DNA of 64,000 bases from Alphaproteobacteria bacterium (lineage in GTDB: Bacteria; Pseudomonadota; Alphaproteobacteria; GCA-2746255): positions 1,536,001-1,600,000 of the forward strand of contig OZ252220.1 in assembly GCA_965249135.1 (NCBI GenBank), written 5' to 3'. Numbering within the stretch: the first letter of the stretch is position 1; the number at the start of each line of letters is the position of its first letter. Positions 39,640-50,232 of the stretch are shown here, one piece after another. The translations under genes and the position numbers were made by a program. The notes below the pieces were generated by a model that did no database searches, was not told where the DNA came from, and saw nothing but the letters and a program-made list of their open reading frames with translations.

Positions 39640-39955
39640 GTGGAATTCATTGTATCAATTGTGAGCATCTGCCGTTTTTCATACACCTGACTGAATCCAT
39701 CCTCGTTTCTCATTTTTCCTTATAGGATATTTTAACACTGGGATAACGTTATCCACGCCCGTTTGAAACACCAATCAAAGAAAACCGCCTCGGGAGATAG
39801 GCTGGCTTCGGGCGGTTTCTTCTTTTGTCTCTCTGTGGAGCGTATACAGGAGAACCCATAATCCCCTATTTTTTCTCCCCCACTACCACCACTACCTTCT
39901 TTAAGACTCTTATATAGATGAAGAAGAAGTAGCCTCAGTACCCGCGAATGAGTCC
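39640..39955. other. Putative chromosomal replication origin oriC
   Basis: AT-rich 316-bp gap between DUF299 and hemE, the established alphaproteobacterial oriC locus; DnaA box TTATCCACG 39749-39757, trio-like arrays, three GANTC sites; parAB/parS about 12 kb away. Confidence 0.85.
39732..39757. promoter_or_regulatory. Back-to-back DnaA boxes with an overlapping CtrA-like site
   Basis: Palindrome GGATAACGTTATCC 39741-39754; TTATCCACG matches 8/9; TTAA-N7-ATAAC 39732-39747. Confidence 0.65.
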
Positions 39956-40999
39956 TTGGAAATACTGAAGTCCGCAAAACCACTGCTTCGAGCGTTAGGT
40001 GGAGAGGTTATCACACCGCCGCCGGTCTGGCTTATGCGACAAGCGGGACGTTATCTTCCGGAATATCGGGAGCTGCGAAGCCAGGCAGGAACGTTCCTGG
40101 ATTTTTGCTATACCCCGGAGCTTGCGGTTGAGGCGACGTTGCAACCAATCCGGCGCTTTTCTCTGGATGGGGCAATTGTCTTTTCGGACATCCTCGTGGT
40201 ACCGGATGCGCTTGGCCAGGACGTCACCTTTACCGAGGGCAGGGGGCCTAGGCTCGATCCCTTAAGAACGGCTGAAGATTTGAAGGGGCTGAAGCAAGGG
40301 GGCATGGAGGCAAAACTTCAGCCGGTTTATGAGACGATTGCACGGCTTCGCAGGGCGCTTGCACCGGAGATTGCCTTGATCGGTTTTGTCGGCGCGCCCT
40401 GGACGCTTGCCGCTTACATGATTGAGGGAGAGATAAGCCACGACTTTTTGAGGGCAAGGCGCTGGGCAGAAACGGAACCGGGGTCCTTTGCCAAACTTCT
40501 GGATATTCTCATCGATGCCACCTCCCAACATCTGATTCGTCAGATTAAAGCCGGCGCCGATGCCGTCCAGATATTCGACAGTTGGGCCGGCGTGCTTTCA
40601 CCGGGGGCGTTTGAGGCGTATGGGCTCAGACCAACCCAAGCGATCGTTCGAAATTTGCGGGCCACCGTCCCACAAGCGCCGGTGATCGGCTTTCCACGCG
40701 GCATCGATGCGCTCTACAAGGACTATGCCGAACGAAGCGGGGTAGATGGCGTTAGCATCGATACCGCCACCTCCCCGCAATGGGCGGCAGTGGAGCTCCA
40801 GACGAAGGTTTGCATCCAGGGAAACCTGGACCCAGGGGCGCTGGTCGAGGGTGGGAAATGGATGCATGAAGAAACGATGCGAATTCTCAGGGCCCTGGGA
40901 TCGGGCCCCTTCGTCTTTAACCTTGGCCACGGCGTCGTCCCGGAAACGCCGCTGGAGCACGTATCGGAACTTTTGGGAATCGTCCGGAGCGCCGTTTGA
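39956..40999 (+). CDS. hemE: Uroporphyrinogen decarboxylase
   Basis: WLMRQAGRYLPEY, FSDIL, QIFDSW, FNLGHG. Confidence 0.97.
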   Translation: MEILKSAKPLLRALGGEVITPPPVWLMRQAGRYLPEYRELRSQAGTFLDFCYTPELAVEATLQPIRRFSLDGAIVFSDILVVPDALGQDVTFTEGRGPRLDPLRTAEDLKGLKQGGMEAKLQPVYETIARLRRALAPEIALIGFVGAPWTLAAYMIEGEISHDFLRARRWAETEPGSFAKLLDILIDATSQHLIRQIKAGADAVQIFDSWAGVLSPGAFEAYGLRPTQAIVRNLRATVPQAPVIGFPRGIDALYKDYAERSGVDGVSIDTATSPQWAAVELQTKVCIQGNLDPGALVEGGKWMHEETMRILRALGSGPFVFNLGHGVVPETPLEHVSELLGIVRSAV

Positions 41000-42033
41000 T
41001 GGGAAAAACCGCCGTCGTTCTTTTCAATCTGGGCGGGCCGGATAAGCAGGAAGCGGTCGAGCCGTTCCTGTTCAACCTTTTCCATGACCGGGCCATTCTT
41101 CGCCTACCCCAACCCTTGCGCTACTTCTTGGCGCGCCTGATTTCAAAGCGCCGTGCGCCGGTTGCCCGAGAGATTTATGCCCAACTCGGCGGCGGCTCGC
41201 CGATCCTGTCCCCAACCCAAGCACAGGCAACGGCCCTTGAAACCGAACTCGCCACCCACGGGGAAGCCCGCGAATATCGCGTCTTCATCGCCATGCGTCA
41301 CTGGCACCCGATGAGCGCGGAAACGGCCGCCGCGGTGAAGGCTTGGTCGCCGGACGACGTCGTGCTGCTGCCGCTCTACCCGCAATTCTCCACGACGACG
41401 AGCGCGTCTTCGCTTGCGGCATGGAAGAAGGCAGCGGCGAAGGCGGGGGTCCTTGCTCCTGCCTATGCGGTCTGCTGCTATCCGCTGGCCGCCGGATTTT
41501 GCCGGGCCGTCGCAAAACTTCTTGGCGAAACGCTTGAAAAAGAAGGCGGAAGACCACGCGTCCTTTTCTCGGCTCATGGATTACCGAAGAAGATCGTGGC
41601 AGCGGGAGACCCGTACGAATGGCAGGTGAACGAGGCGGTAAAGAGGGTTATCGCGGAACTTAAACAACCCGAGTTTGATTGGGCGATCTGTTACCAAAGC
41701 AGGGTCGGACCACTGGAATGGATCGGCCCCTCGCTCGATGACGAAATCGCGCGTGCCGCGAAGGACCGCGTGCCGGTCGTGATCGTTCCGATTGCCTTCG
41801 TGTCGGAGCATTCCGAAACGCTTGTCGAGCTCGATATTCAATACCGCGAGATTGCAGCCGCTGAAGGCGTTCCAGGTTATGCGCGCGTAGCAACGGTGGG
41901 CAGCGCGCCGGATTTCATCCACGGGCTTGCCGAGCTTGTATCGCAGGCGCGCGAACGCAAGCGCGCCCTTGAGTCCGAAACCGGTACGCGCATTTGCCCG
42001 GAGAATTTTTTAGGATGTCCAAACCGCAGCTAA
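40999..42033 (+). CDS. hemH: Ferrochelatase
   Basis: NLGGP, GGGSP, LYPQFS, SAHGLP, EHSETLVELD. Confidence 0.97.
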   Translation: MGKTAVVLFNLGGPDKQEAVEPFLFNLFHDRAILRLPQPLRYFLARLISKRRAPVAREIYAQLGGGSPILSPTQAQATALETELATHGEAREYRVFIAMRHWHPMSAETAAAVKAWSPDDVVLLPLYPQFSTTTSASSLAAWKKAAAKAGVLAPAYAVCCYPLAAGFCRAVAKLLGETLEKEGGRPRVLFSAHGLPKKIVAAGDPYEWQVNEAVKRVIAELKQPEFDWAICYQSRVGPLEWIGPSLDDEIARAAKDRVPVVIVPIAFVSEHSETLVELDIQYREIAAAEGVPGYARVATVGSAPDFIHGLAELVSQARERKRALESETGTRICPENFLGCPNRS

Positions 42034-42060
42034 GAATGGACCGCGCAGGAAGGAACGGCG

Positions 42061-42510
42061 ATGGAAGATCTGTTGATTGAATGGCACAAATGGACCGAGG
42101 CCTTCCACGTCGTCTTCGTCATCGCCTGGATGGCGGGCATGCTTTACCTGCCGAGACTCTACGTCTATCACGCAGAAGCCGCGACCGACGGCGAAGCGTC
42201 CGAAATGCTGAAGGTGATGGAACGCCGCCTGCTTCGCATCATCATCAATCCGGCCATGCTCGCCGCCTTTCTTTCCGGCGGCCTTTTGCTTCTGACCCCG
42301 GGCGCGGTGGATTGGTCGGCCGGGTGGGTCTACGCAAAACTCGTGCTCGTCTTTACGATGACGGGATTTCACGGTGTGCTTGCGCGGTGGCGCAAGGATT
42401 TCTTGGCGGACCGGAACGGGCGATCGGCCGCGTTCTACCGAAAGATGAACGAGGTGCCGACGGTGCTGATGATCGGGATCGTCATTTTAGTAATCGTGAA
42501 GCCCTTCTGA
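42061..42510 (+). CDS. hemJ: Protoporphyrinogen oxidase HemJ
   Basis: HVVFVIAWMAGMLYLPRLYVYH, NEVP, VIVKPF. Confidence 0.96.
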   Translation: MEDLLIEWHKWTEAFHVVFVIAWMAGMLYLPRLYVYHAEAATDGEASEMLKVMERRLLRIIINPAMLAAFLSGGLLLLTPGAVDWSAGWVYAKLVLVFTMTGFHGVLARWRKDFLADRNGRSAAFYRKMNEVPTVLMIGIVILVIVKPF

Positions 42511-42547
42511 TGCGGGTAACCGCGGGTAAGGCGCTGAAACTCTGGGT

Positions 42548-42576
42548 TTGACTTCTCCCCATTCGTTCGCTACTGT
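42548..42576 (+). promoter_or_regulatory. Putative sigma70 promoter of rho
   Basis: TTGACT-N17-TACTGT followed by a roughly 150-nt C-rich leader. Confidence 0.7.
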
Positions 42577-42734
42577 TTTCGGTCAAGCGGAATTCTTCCA
42601 CCCGCACTCCATCTGAAAATAGAAATGACCTCCGGAGGCTTCCCGGGAGTCTGTGGACAAGCTCCGACCCCAAGCCGACTCTCGGCTCCCCCTTCCGGCC
42701 ATTGCCGCACCCCTCGCAACCTAGATGAAATTCA

Positions 42735-43991
42735 ATGAAATTACAGGAACTTAAGACCAAAGCTCCGGCAGACCTTCTGGCCTATGCCGAGGAGCTTAAG
42801 ATCGAAAACGCAAGCTCGTTGCGCAAGCAGGACATGATGTTTGCGATCTTGAAGCAGCTCGCCGAGAACGACACGGCCATCTTTGGCGACGGCGTTCTCG
42901 AAATCCTTCAAGACGGATTCGGATTCCTGCGCTCGCCCGAGGCGAACTATCTTCCCGGCCCGGACGATATCTATGTCTCGCCAAGCCAGATACGCCGCTT
43001 CGGCCTTCGCACGGGCGATACGGTCGAAGGACAGATCCGTTCCCCGAAGGATGGGGAACGCTACTTCGCGCTTCTGAAAGTGAATGCCGTTAACTTCGAG
43101 GATCCAGAGGCCACCCGCCACCGCATCAATTTTGACAACCTCACGCCGCTTTATCCGGAAGAAAAAATAAACCTAGAAATCGAAGAACCGAAATTAAAGG
43201 ACGTAACATCGCGGGTCGTCGACCTCATTGCACCGCTCGGAAAAGGTCAACGCGCACTGATCGTCTCACCGCCACGCACCGGTAAGACAATGATGTTGCA
43301 GAACATCGCCCACTCCATCATGGCGAATCACAAGGAGTGTTACCTGATTGTTCTTTTGGTGGATGAGCGCCCGGAAGAAGTGACGGACATGGCGCGTTCG
43401 GTGCGCGGCGAAGTGATCAGCTCGACTTTCGACGAGCCGGCAGTACGTCACGTGCAAGTTGCCGAGATGGTGATCGAGAAAGCGAAGCGCCTGGTCGAAC
43501 ATAAGCGCGATGTCATCATCCTTCTTGATTCGATCACGCGTCTTGCGCGCGCCTACAACTCCGTCGTGCCATCTTCCGGCAAGGTGCTGACGGGCGGCGT
43601 CGATGCCAACGCGTTGCAGCGGCCGAAGCGGTTCTTCGGCGCGGCACGGAACATTGAGGAAGGCGGCTCGCTCACGATCATTGCCACCGCGCTTATCGAC
43701 ACCGGCTCGCGTATGGACGAGGTGATCTTCGAAGAATTCAAGGGCACGGGTAATTCCGAAATCATTCTCGACCGCAAGCTTGCCGACAAGCGCACCTTCC
43801 CCTCCATCGACATCACGAAATCCGGTACCCGCAAGGAAGAATTGCTGGTCGATAAGGGCCGGCTGTCGAAGATGTGGGTGCTGCGCCGGATCCTGATGCC
43901 GATGGGGCCGACGGATGGGATGGAGTTCCTGTTGGACAAACTAAAGTCGACGAAGAACAACGACGATTTCTTCGATTCGATGAATACGTAA
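42735..43991 (+). CDS. rho: Transcription termination factor Rho
   Basis: [42 protein letters not shown]. Confidence 0.99.
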   Translation: MKLQELKTKAPADLLAYAEELKIENASSLRKQDMMFAILKQLAENDTAIFGDGVLEILQDGFGFLRSPEANYLPGPDDIYVSPSQIRRFGLRTGDTVEGQIRSPKDGERYFALLKVNAVNFEDPEATRHRINFDNLTPLYPEEKINLEIEEPKLKDVTSRVVDLIAPLGKGQRALIVSPPRTGKTMMLQNIAHSIMANHKECYLIVLLVDERPEEVTDMARSVRGEVISSTFDEPAVRHVQVAEMVIEKAKRLVEHKRDVIILLDSITRLARAYNSVVPSSGKVLTGGVDANALQRPKRFFGAARNIEEGGSLTIIATALIDTGSRMDEVIFEEFKGTGNSEIILDRKLADKRTFPSIDITKSGTRKEELLVDKGRLSKMWVLRRILMPMGPTDGMEFLLDKLKSTKNNDDFFDSMNT

Positions 43992-44020
43992 AGCCCGCCA
44001 TCGCCGGAAAACACGTTCCC

Positions 44021-45007
44021 TCAAGGGCGGAGGATCGAAACGCCCATCGTTCGTCGCGCCTCGATGTCGCTGTGCGCGGTTGCCGCTTCCCGCAAGTCGT
44101 AGGTCTGACGAATTTCGACGCCGAAGGCGCCGGAGCGCACGGCATCGAACACTTCTGCTGCTGTCACCAGCAGGTCCTCACGCTTCGCGATATAGGTAAA
44201 AAGCGACGGGCGCGTGAGGAAAAGCGAGCCTTTCGCCATGAGGTCGATGACGTCGAAGGGAGGAATTTTTCCGGACGACTGACCGAAACTCACCATTAGC
44301 CCGAAGGGCATGAGGCAATCAAGCGAGCCGAAGAAGGTGTCTTGGCCCACCGAGTCGTAGACGACGGCGACCCCCTCGCCCTTCGTGATCGCGCGCGCGC
44401 GTGCGACGAAGTCCTCGTCGCGGTAAAGGATCGGATGGTCGCAGCCGTGACGTGCCGCAAGCTCCGCCTTTTCCTTGTTTCCCACCGTGCCGATGACGGT
44501 GGCTCCCAGATGCTTCGCCCATTGGCAGAGGATAAGACCGACCCCGCCGGCCGCCGCATGGACGAGCACGGTTTCGCCTTTTTCCACCCGGTGGCTGCGG
44601 CGGAGCAGGTAGCAAGCCGTCATGCCCTTGACCATGAGGCCGGCGGCAAGGTCGTCGGGAATGTCGTCCGGCAGTTTGACGAGGCTTGCGGCAGGAATGA
44701 GCCGGCGTTCCGCGTAGGCGCCAAGCAAAAAGGAAGCATAGGCGATGCGATCGCCGACGCGGACCCCGCTCACCCCATCGCCTACCGCCTCGACGACGCC
44801 GGCCGCCTCGACGCCTGGAATGGCGGGCAAGAAAGGAACCGGATAAAGCCCGCTTCGCACATAGGTGTCGTGAAAATTGCAACCGATCGCCGTGTGACGA
44901 ATGCAGGCTTCCCCGGGCCCGGGGGCTTCGATCGGCGCCGTTTCCCATCGGAGGACTTCCGGCCCTCCGGTTTCATGGAAACGGACGGCGCCGGTTGTCT
45001 CAATCAT
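44021..45007 (-). CDS. qor: NADPH:quinone oxidoreductase (MDR family)
   Basis: GGPEVL, HAAAGGVG, YDSVG, GSLFLTRPSL. Confidence 0.92.
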   Translation of the reverse strand: MIETTGAVRFHETGGPEVLRWETAPIEAPGPGEACIRHTAIGCNFHDTYVRSGLYPVPFLPAIPGVEAAGVVEAVGDGVSGVRVGDRIAYASFLLGAYAERRLIPAASLVKLPDDIPDDLAAGLMVKGMTACYLLRRSHRVEKGETVLVHAAAGGVGLILCQWAKHLGATVIGTVGNKEKAELAARHGCDHPILYRDEDFVARARAITKGEGVAVVYDSVGQDTFFGSLDCLMPFGLMVSFGQSSGKIPPFDVIDLMAKGSLFLTRPSLFTYIAKREDLLVTAAEVFDAVRSGAFGVEIRQTYDLREAATAHSDIEARRTMGVSILRP

Positions 45008-45009
45008 GC

Positions 45010-45705
45010 TTAGCCGAGATGTTCTTTCAGGAAGGCGTGCGTGCGTTGATTGGCAAGCTCGGCCGCGTCCTGGTTGTAGGTGGTCCCCCTCGCCCGCGCA
45101 AAGGCATGGTCGACGCCTGGGTAGGAGTGGATCGTGACGAAGGCGCGGGCGCTCAAGGCCTCCTTGACTTCGGCCTGGGCTTCCTTCGAGACGAACTGAT
45201 CCTCTTCGGCGATGTGGAGCAGCAGTGGCCGCATGATCGCATTCGCTTCCTCCAGCGCCCCTTCGATGCCGACCCCGTAATAGGAAACGGAGCAATCCAC
45301 ATCCGAGCGCGTCGCCATCAGATAGGCCAGCTTACCGCCTAAGCAGTAGCCGACCGTGCCGACGTCGCCCGGGCACTCAGACAGGGATCGCAGGTGGAAC
45401 AGGGTCGAGATCAGATCCTGGATGCCTTTCGCCTCGTGGAAGCCCTGGTAAAGGGCGAAGGCCTTGTCCCATTCTTCCTGGCTCTGATCCGTGAGCTGGA
45501 TGCCGGGCTCCTGGCGCCAGAACAGATCCGGACAGGCAACGATGAAACCGGCTTCGGCAAAACGATCCGCCTTTTCCCGCATCTCCTTGTTCACACCGAA
45601 GATTTCCTGAATGAGCACAAGCCCCGGCGCGGCGCTCGCGGCGGGTTTTGCGAGATAGGCGGAAAACGTGCCCCCATCGGAGGCTTGGATCTGGATGTCA
45701 CTCAT
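45010..45705 (-). CDS. Dienelactone hydrolase family protein
   Basis: QEIFGVN, GYCLGG nucleophile elbow, DHAF. Confidence 0.92.
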   Translation of the reverse strand: MSDIQIQASDGGTFSAYLAKPAASAAPGLVLIQEIFGVNKEMREKADRFAEAGFIVACPDLFWRQEPGIQLTDQSQEEWDKAFALYQGFHEAKGIQDLISTLFHLRSLSECPGDVGTVGYCLGGKLAYLMATRSDVDCSVSYYGVGIEGALEEANAIMRPLLLHIAEEDQFVSKEAQAEVKEALSARAFVTIHSYPGVDHAFARARGTTYNQDAAELANQRTHAFLKEHLG

Positions 45706-45741
45706 GGTTCCCCCCTGGCCCGGATCGGGTTGTTTTTTACC

Positions 45742-45763
45742 CCGGTTTTCGGCCGGTTTTCGG
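45742..45763. repeat. Perfect 11-bp tandem duplication CCGGTTTTCGG x2
   Basis: Read directly; in the 5' region of the DLH gene. Confidence 0.85.
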
Positions 45764-45802
45764 TGAAGGATATCCCGCCGGTCCCGCCTTGTCACCCGGG
45801 CG

Positions 45803-46258
45803 TCAGGGCGCGAGGGTTGTGTTTTCCAGGGCGAGCAGGCGGCGCTTCGTCTTCACCCCACCCTTCGCGGAATAGCCGCCGAGGCCGCCATGGGCGGCGA
45901 GCACGCGGTGGCACGGGATGAAGATCGGGATGGGGTTGCGCGAACTTGCGCCGCCCACCGCACGGGGCCCGCTTTTCAGTTTCTTCGCAAGCGCGCCATA
46001 GCTTTGCGTCTTGCCGTAAGGGATCTTCCGCATGGACCGCCAGACGGCCTTTTGGAAAGCCGTGCCCTGGGGGGCAAGCGGCAGATCGAAATCCTGGCGC
46101 CCCCCCTTCAGGTAAGCGCTCAACTGACTCCGCGCCTCCCGAAGGAGCGGGGTTGCTTGCGGGTTTCTGACGGTTCCCCAAGTAAGTCCGGTAATCTTGC
46201 CGCCTTCTTCCGTGAGCGTGATTGTGCCGATGGGGGTCGCGAATGAAAGCTTTGGCAT
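45803..46258 (-). CDS. ogt: Methylated-DNA-protein-cysteine methyltransferase
   Basis: GTAFQ, IPYG, RAVG, IPCHRV active site. Confidence 0.95.
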   Translation of the reverse strand: MPKLSFATPIGTITLTEEGGKITGLTWGTVRNPQATPLLREARSQLSAYLKGGRQDFDLPLAPQGTAFQKAVWRSMRKIPYGKTQSYGALAKKLKSGPRAVGGASSRNPIPIFIPCHRVLAAHGGLGGYSAKGGVKTKRRLLALENTTLAP

Positions 46259-46268
46259 CGTTTCCTCC

Positions 46269-48299
<2,031 letters not shown>

Positions 48300-48336
48300 C
48301 ACGACCGGCCTGCAAAGACAGGCAAAGTTGGTGGCA

Positions 48337-48365
48337 TTGCGAGGGATTATCCCATGCCTTAGTTT
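48337..48365 (+). promoter_or_regulatory. Putative sigma70 promoter of ferredoxin-mnmE
   Basis: TTGCGA-N17-TAGTTT. Confidence 0.5.
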
Positions 48366-48384
48366 GCGTCGTAAGTGCATTCTT

Positions 48385-48430
48385 TGCCCACGGGATGCCC
48401 ACGGGATGCCCACGGGATGCCCGCGGGATG
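48385..48430. repeat. 11-bp tandem repeat TGCCC(A/G)CGGGA x4.2
   Basis: Three identical units, one single-mismatch unit, then TG. Confidence 0.95.
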
Positions 48431-48454
48431 TAAGAGAGAAGGCAAACGGAACCG

Positions 48455-48805
48455 ATGCCCCGAAAGTCGGAAGACCCCTCGCCGCGTTACCGCAAGCACG
48501 TCTTCGTTTGCGTGAACGCGCGCGACCCTGAGGATGCGCGGGGATGTTGCGCGGCGAAGGGAAGTCTGGCCCTTCGCGATCACATGAAACAACGGGTGAA
48601 GGAGCTTGGCCTCAGCGACATTCGGATCAACAAGGCAGGCTGTTTGGATGCGTGCGAAACGGGTCCGACCGTCGTCGTCTATCCGGAAGGCGTATGGTAC
48701 CGCTGCGAAACGAAACAGGACGCCGACGAAATTCTTCTCGTCCACCTTCGGGATAACGGCCGCGTTCTCCGCCTGATGCTCGATCGCAATGAGGCGGACG
48801 ACTAG
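48455..48805 (+). CDS. Thioredoxin-like [2Fe-2S] ferredoxin
   Basis: HVFVC..RGCC..AGCLDACETGPTVVVYPEGVWY. Confidence 0.9.
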   Translation: MPRKSEDPSPRYRKHVFVCVNARDPEDARGCCAAKGSLALRDHMKQRVKELGLSDIRINKAGCLDACETGPTVVVYPEGVWYRCETKQDADEILLVHLRDNGRVLRLMLDRNEADD

Positions 48806-48841
48806 GCAAATCCAGCTCCATTCAAGGAAGATGAGATTTCG

Positions 48842-50176
48842 ATGCGGCAGGATACGATCTTCGCCCTTGCCAGCGGGCAGGCCCGCGCCGGGATCGCGGT
48901 GATCCGCATCTCCGGCGAGAAGGCGGGCTGGGCCCTCTCAAACCTTTCTGGCGCACCCCTGCCGGAAGCGCGACGCGCGAGCCGTGTCCGGCTTTGCGAC
49001 CCGGCGACGGGCGAGGCCCTGGATAGCGGCCTTGCCCTTTGGTTCCCGGCTCCGAAAAGCTTTACCGGCGAGGCGGTGGCGGAGCTTCACCTCCATGGCG
49101 GGCGGGCCTGCGTCGGGGACGTGCTGGCCGCTCTTTCCCGTCTTTCGGGCCTGAGGCTGGCGGATCCCGGCGAATTTACCCGGCGGGCCTTCGAAAACGG
49201 CAAGCTGGACCTGACGGAGGTGGAGGGCTTGGCCGACCTGGTCCAGGCGGAGACGGCGGCCCAGCGCCGTCAGGCGTTGCGTCAGTTCGAAGGCGGCTTG
49301 CGCGAACGCTACGAAGGCTGGCGGGAGGCATTGCTTCAGGCGCTGGCCCGCATCGAGGCTGAGATCGACTTCGTCGATGAGGAACTTCCGAAAGACGTGG
49401 TGGCGAGCGCAGGCGAAGCGGCGGCGCGGGTGGCGGAAGAGATTTGCGTCCATCTCGACGACAACCGGCGTGGGGAGCGGCTGCGAGAAGGGTTCTGGAT
49501 CGTGCTTCTGGGTGCTCCGAATTCAGGCAAGTCGACGTTGTTGAATGCGATCGCACGGCGCGAGGCGGCAATCGTCTCGGAAGAACCCGGTACGACTCGC
49601 GACATCGTGGAAGTAGGACTCGATCTCGGCGGGTTTCCGGTCGTGGTTGCGGATACGGCGGGTCTTAGGGAGCCCAAGGGTACGGTCGAACGGGAAGGGG
49701 TGAAACGTGCCCGCAAGCGCGCCTCGGAATCGGACTTGAGGCTCACTCTTTTCGATGGAAACGCATGGCCGGAATGCGATCCTGAAACCCGCGCCCTTGT
49801 GGATAAAAACAGCATTCCGGTGATCACGAAGGCGGACCTTCATGGAACAATCGAAAATCCACGCGTCGAAAACATAGACGCGATCTCGATTTCCGCGAAG
49901 ACGGGGGAAGGGATGGACGTTCTTCTCCGGCGCCTGGAAAAGGAGATCGAGGCCCGCATGGAAGGAAGCGGTTCGCCGCCTTTAACGCGGCTTCGCCATC
50001 GGGTGAGCCTGGAAGACTGCGCGCAGGCGCTGGAGCGGTTTTCGAAAGCAAGCGCGCCGGAGCTGGCGGCGGAAGACTTGCGGCTCGCGGTTCGCGCCCT
50101 TGGCCGGATCACCGGCCGGGTCGACGTGGAAGACGTGCTCGACCGTCTCTTCGCCGAGTTCTGCATCGGCAAGTAA
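48842..50176 (+). CDS. mnmE: tRNA modification GTPase MnmE
   Basis: [27 protein letters not shown]. Confidence 0.98.
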   Translation: MRQDTIFALASGQARAGIAVIRISGEKAGWALSNLSGAPLPEARRASRVRLCDPATGEALDSGLALWFPAPKSFTGEAVAELHLHGGRACVGDVLAALSRLSGLRLADPGEFTRRAFENGKLDLTEVEGLADLVQAETAAQRRQALRQFEGGLRERYEGWREALLQALARIEAEIDFVDEELPKDVVASAGEAAARVAEEICVHLDDNRRGERLREGFWIVLLGAPNSGKSTLLNAIARREAAIVSEEPGTTRDIVEVGLDLGGFPVVVADTAGLREPKGTVEREGVKRARKRASESDLRLTLFDGNAWPECDPETRALVDKNSIPVITKADLHGTIENPRVENIDAISISAKTGEGMDVLLRRLEKEIEARMEGSGSPPLTRLRHRVSLEDCAQALERFSKASAPELAAEDLRLAVRALGRITGRVDVEDVLDRLFAEFCIGK

Positions 50177-50196
50177 GGCCCCCGGCCCTTCCCATT

Positions 50197-50225
50197 TTGA
50201 CAGCGATCCGGGCGGCGACTAGGTT
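50197..50225 (+). promoter_or_regulatory. Sigma70 promoter of mnmG (probably leaderless)
   Basis: TTGACA-N17-TAGGTT, then 7 nt to the ATG. Confidence 0.7.
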
Positions 50226-50232
50226 TGCCGCC

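Noticed and set aside
39732-39983. 83-aa ORF across oriC
   Set aside because: Low complexity, derived from the trio repeats, and overlapping the hemE start antisense; no coding signal.
48385-48430. Repeat array as a possible CRISPR
   Set aside because: The 11-bp units are contiguous with no spacers, and there are no cas genes.
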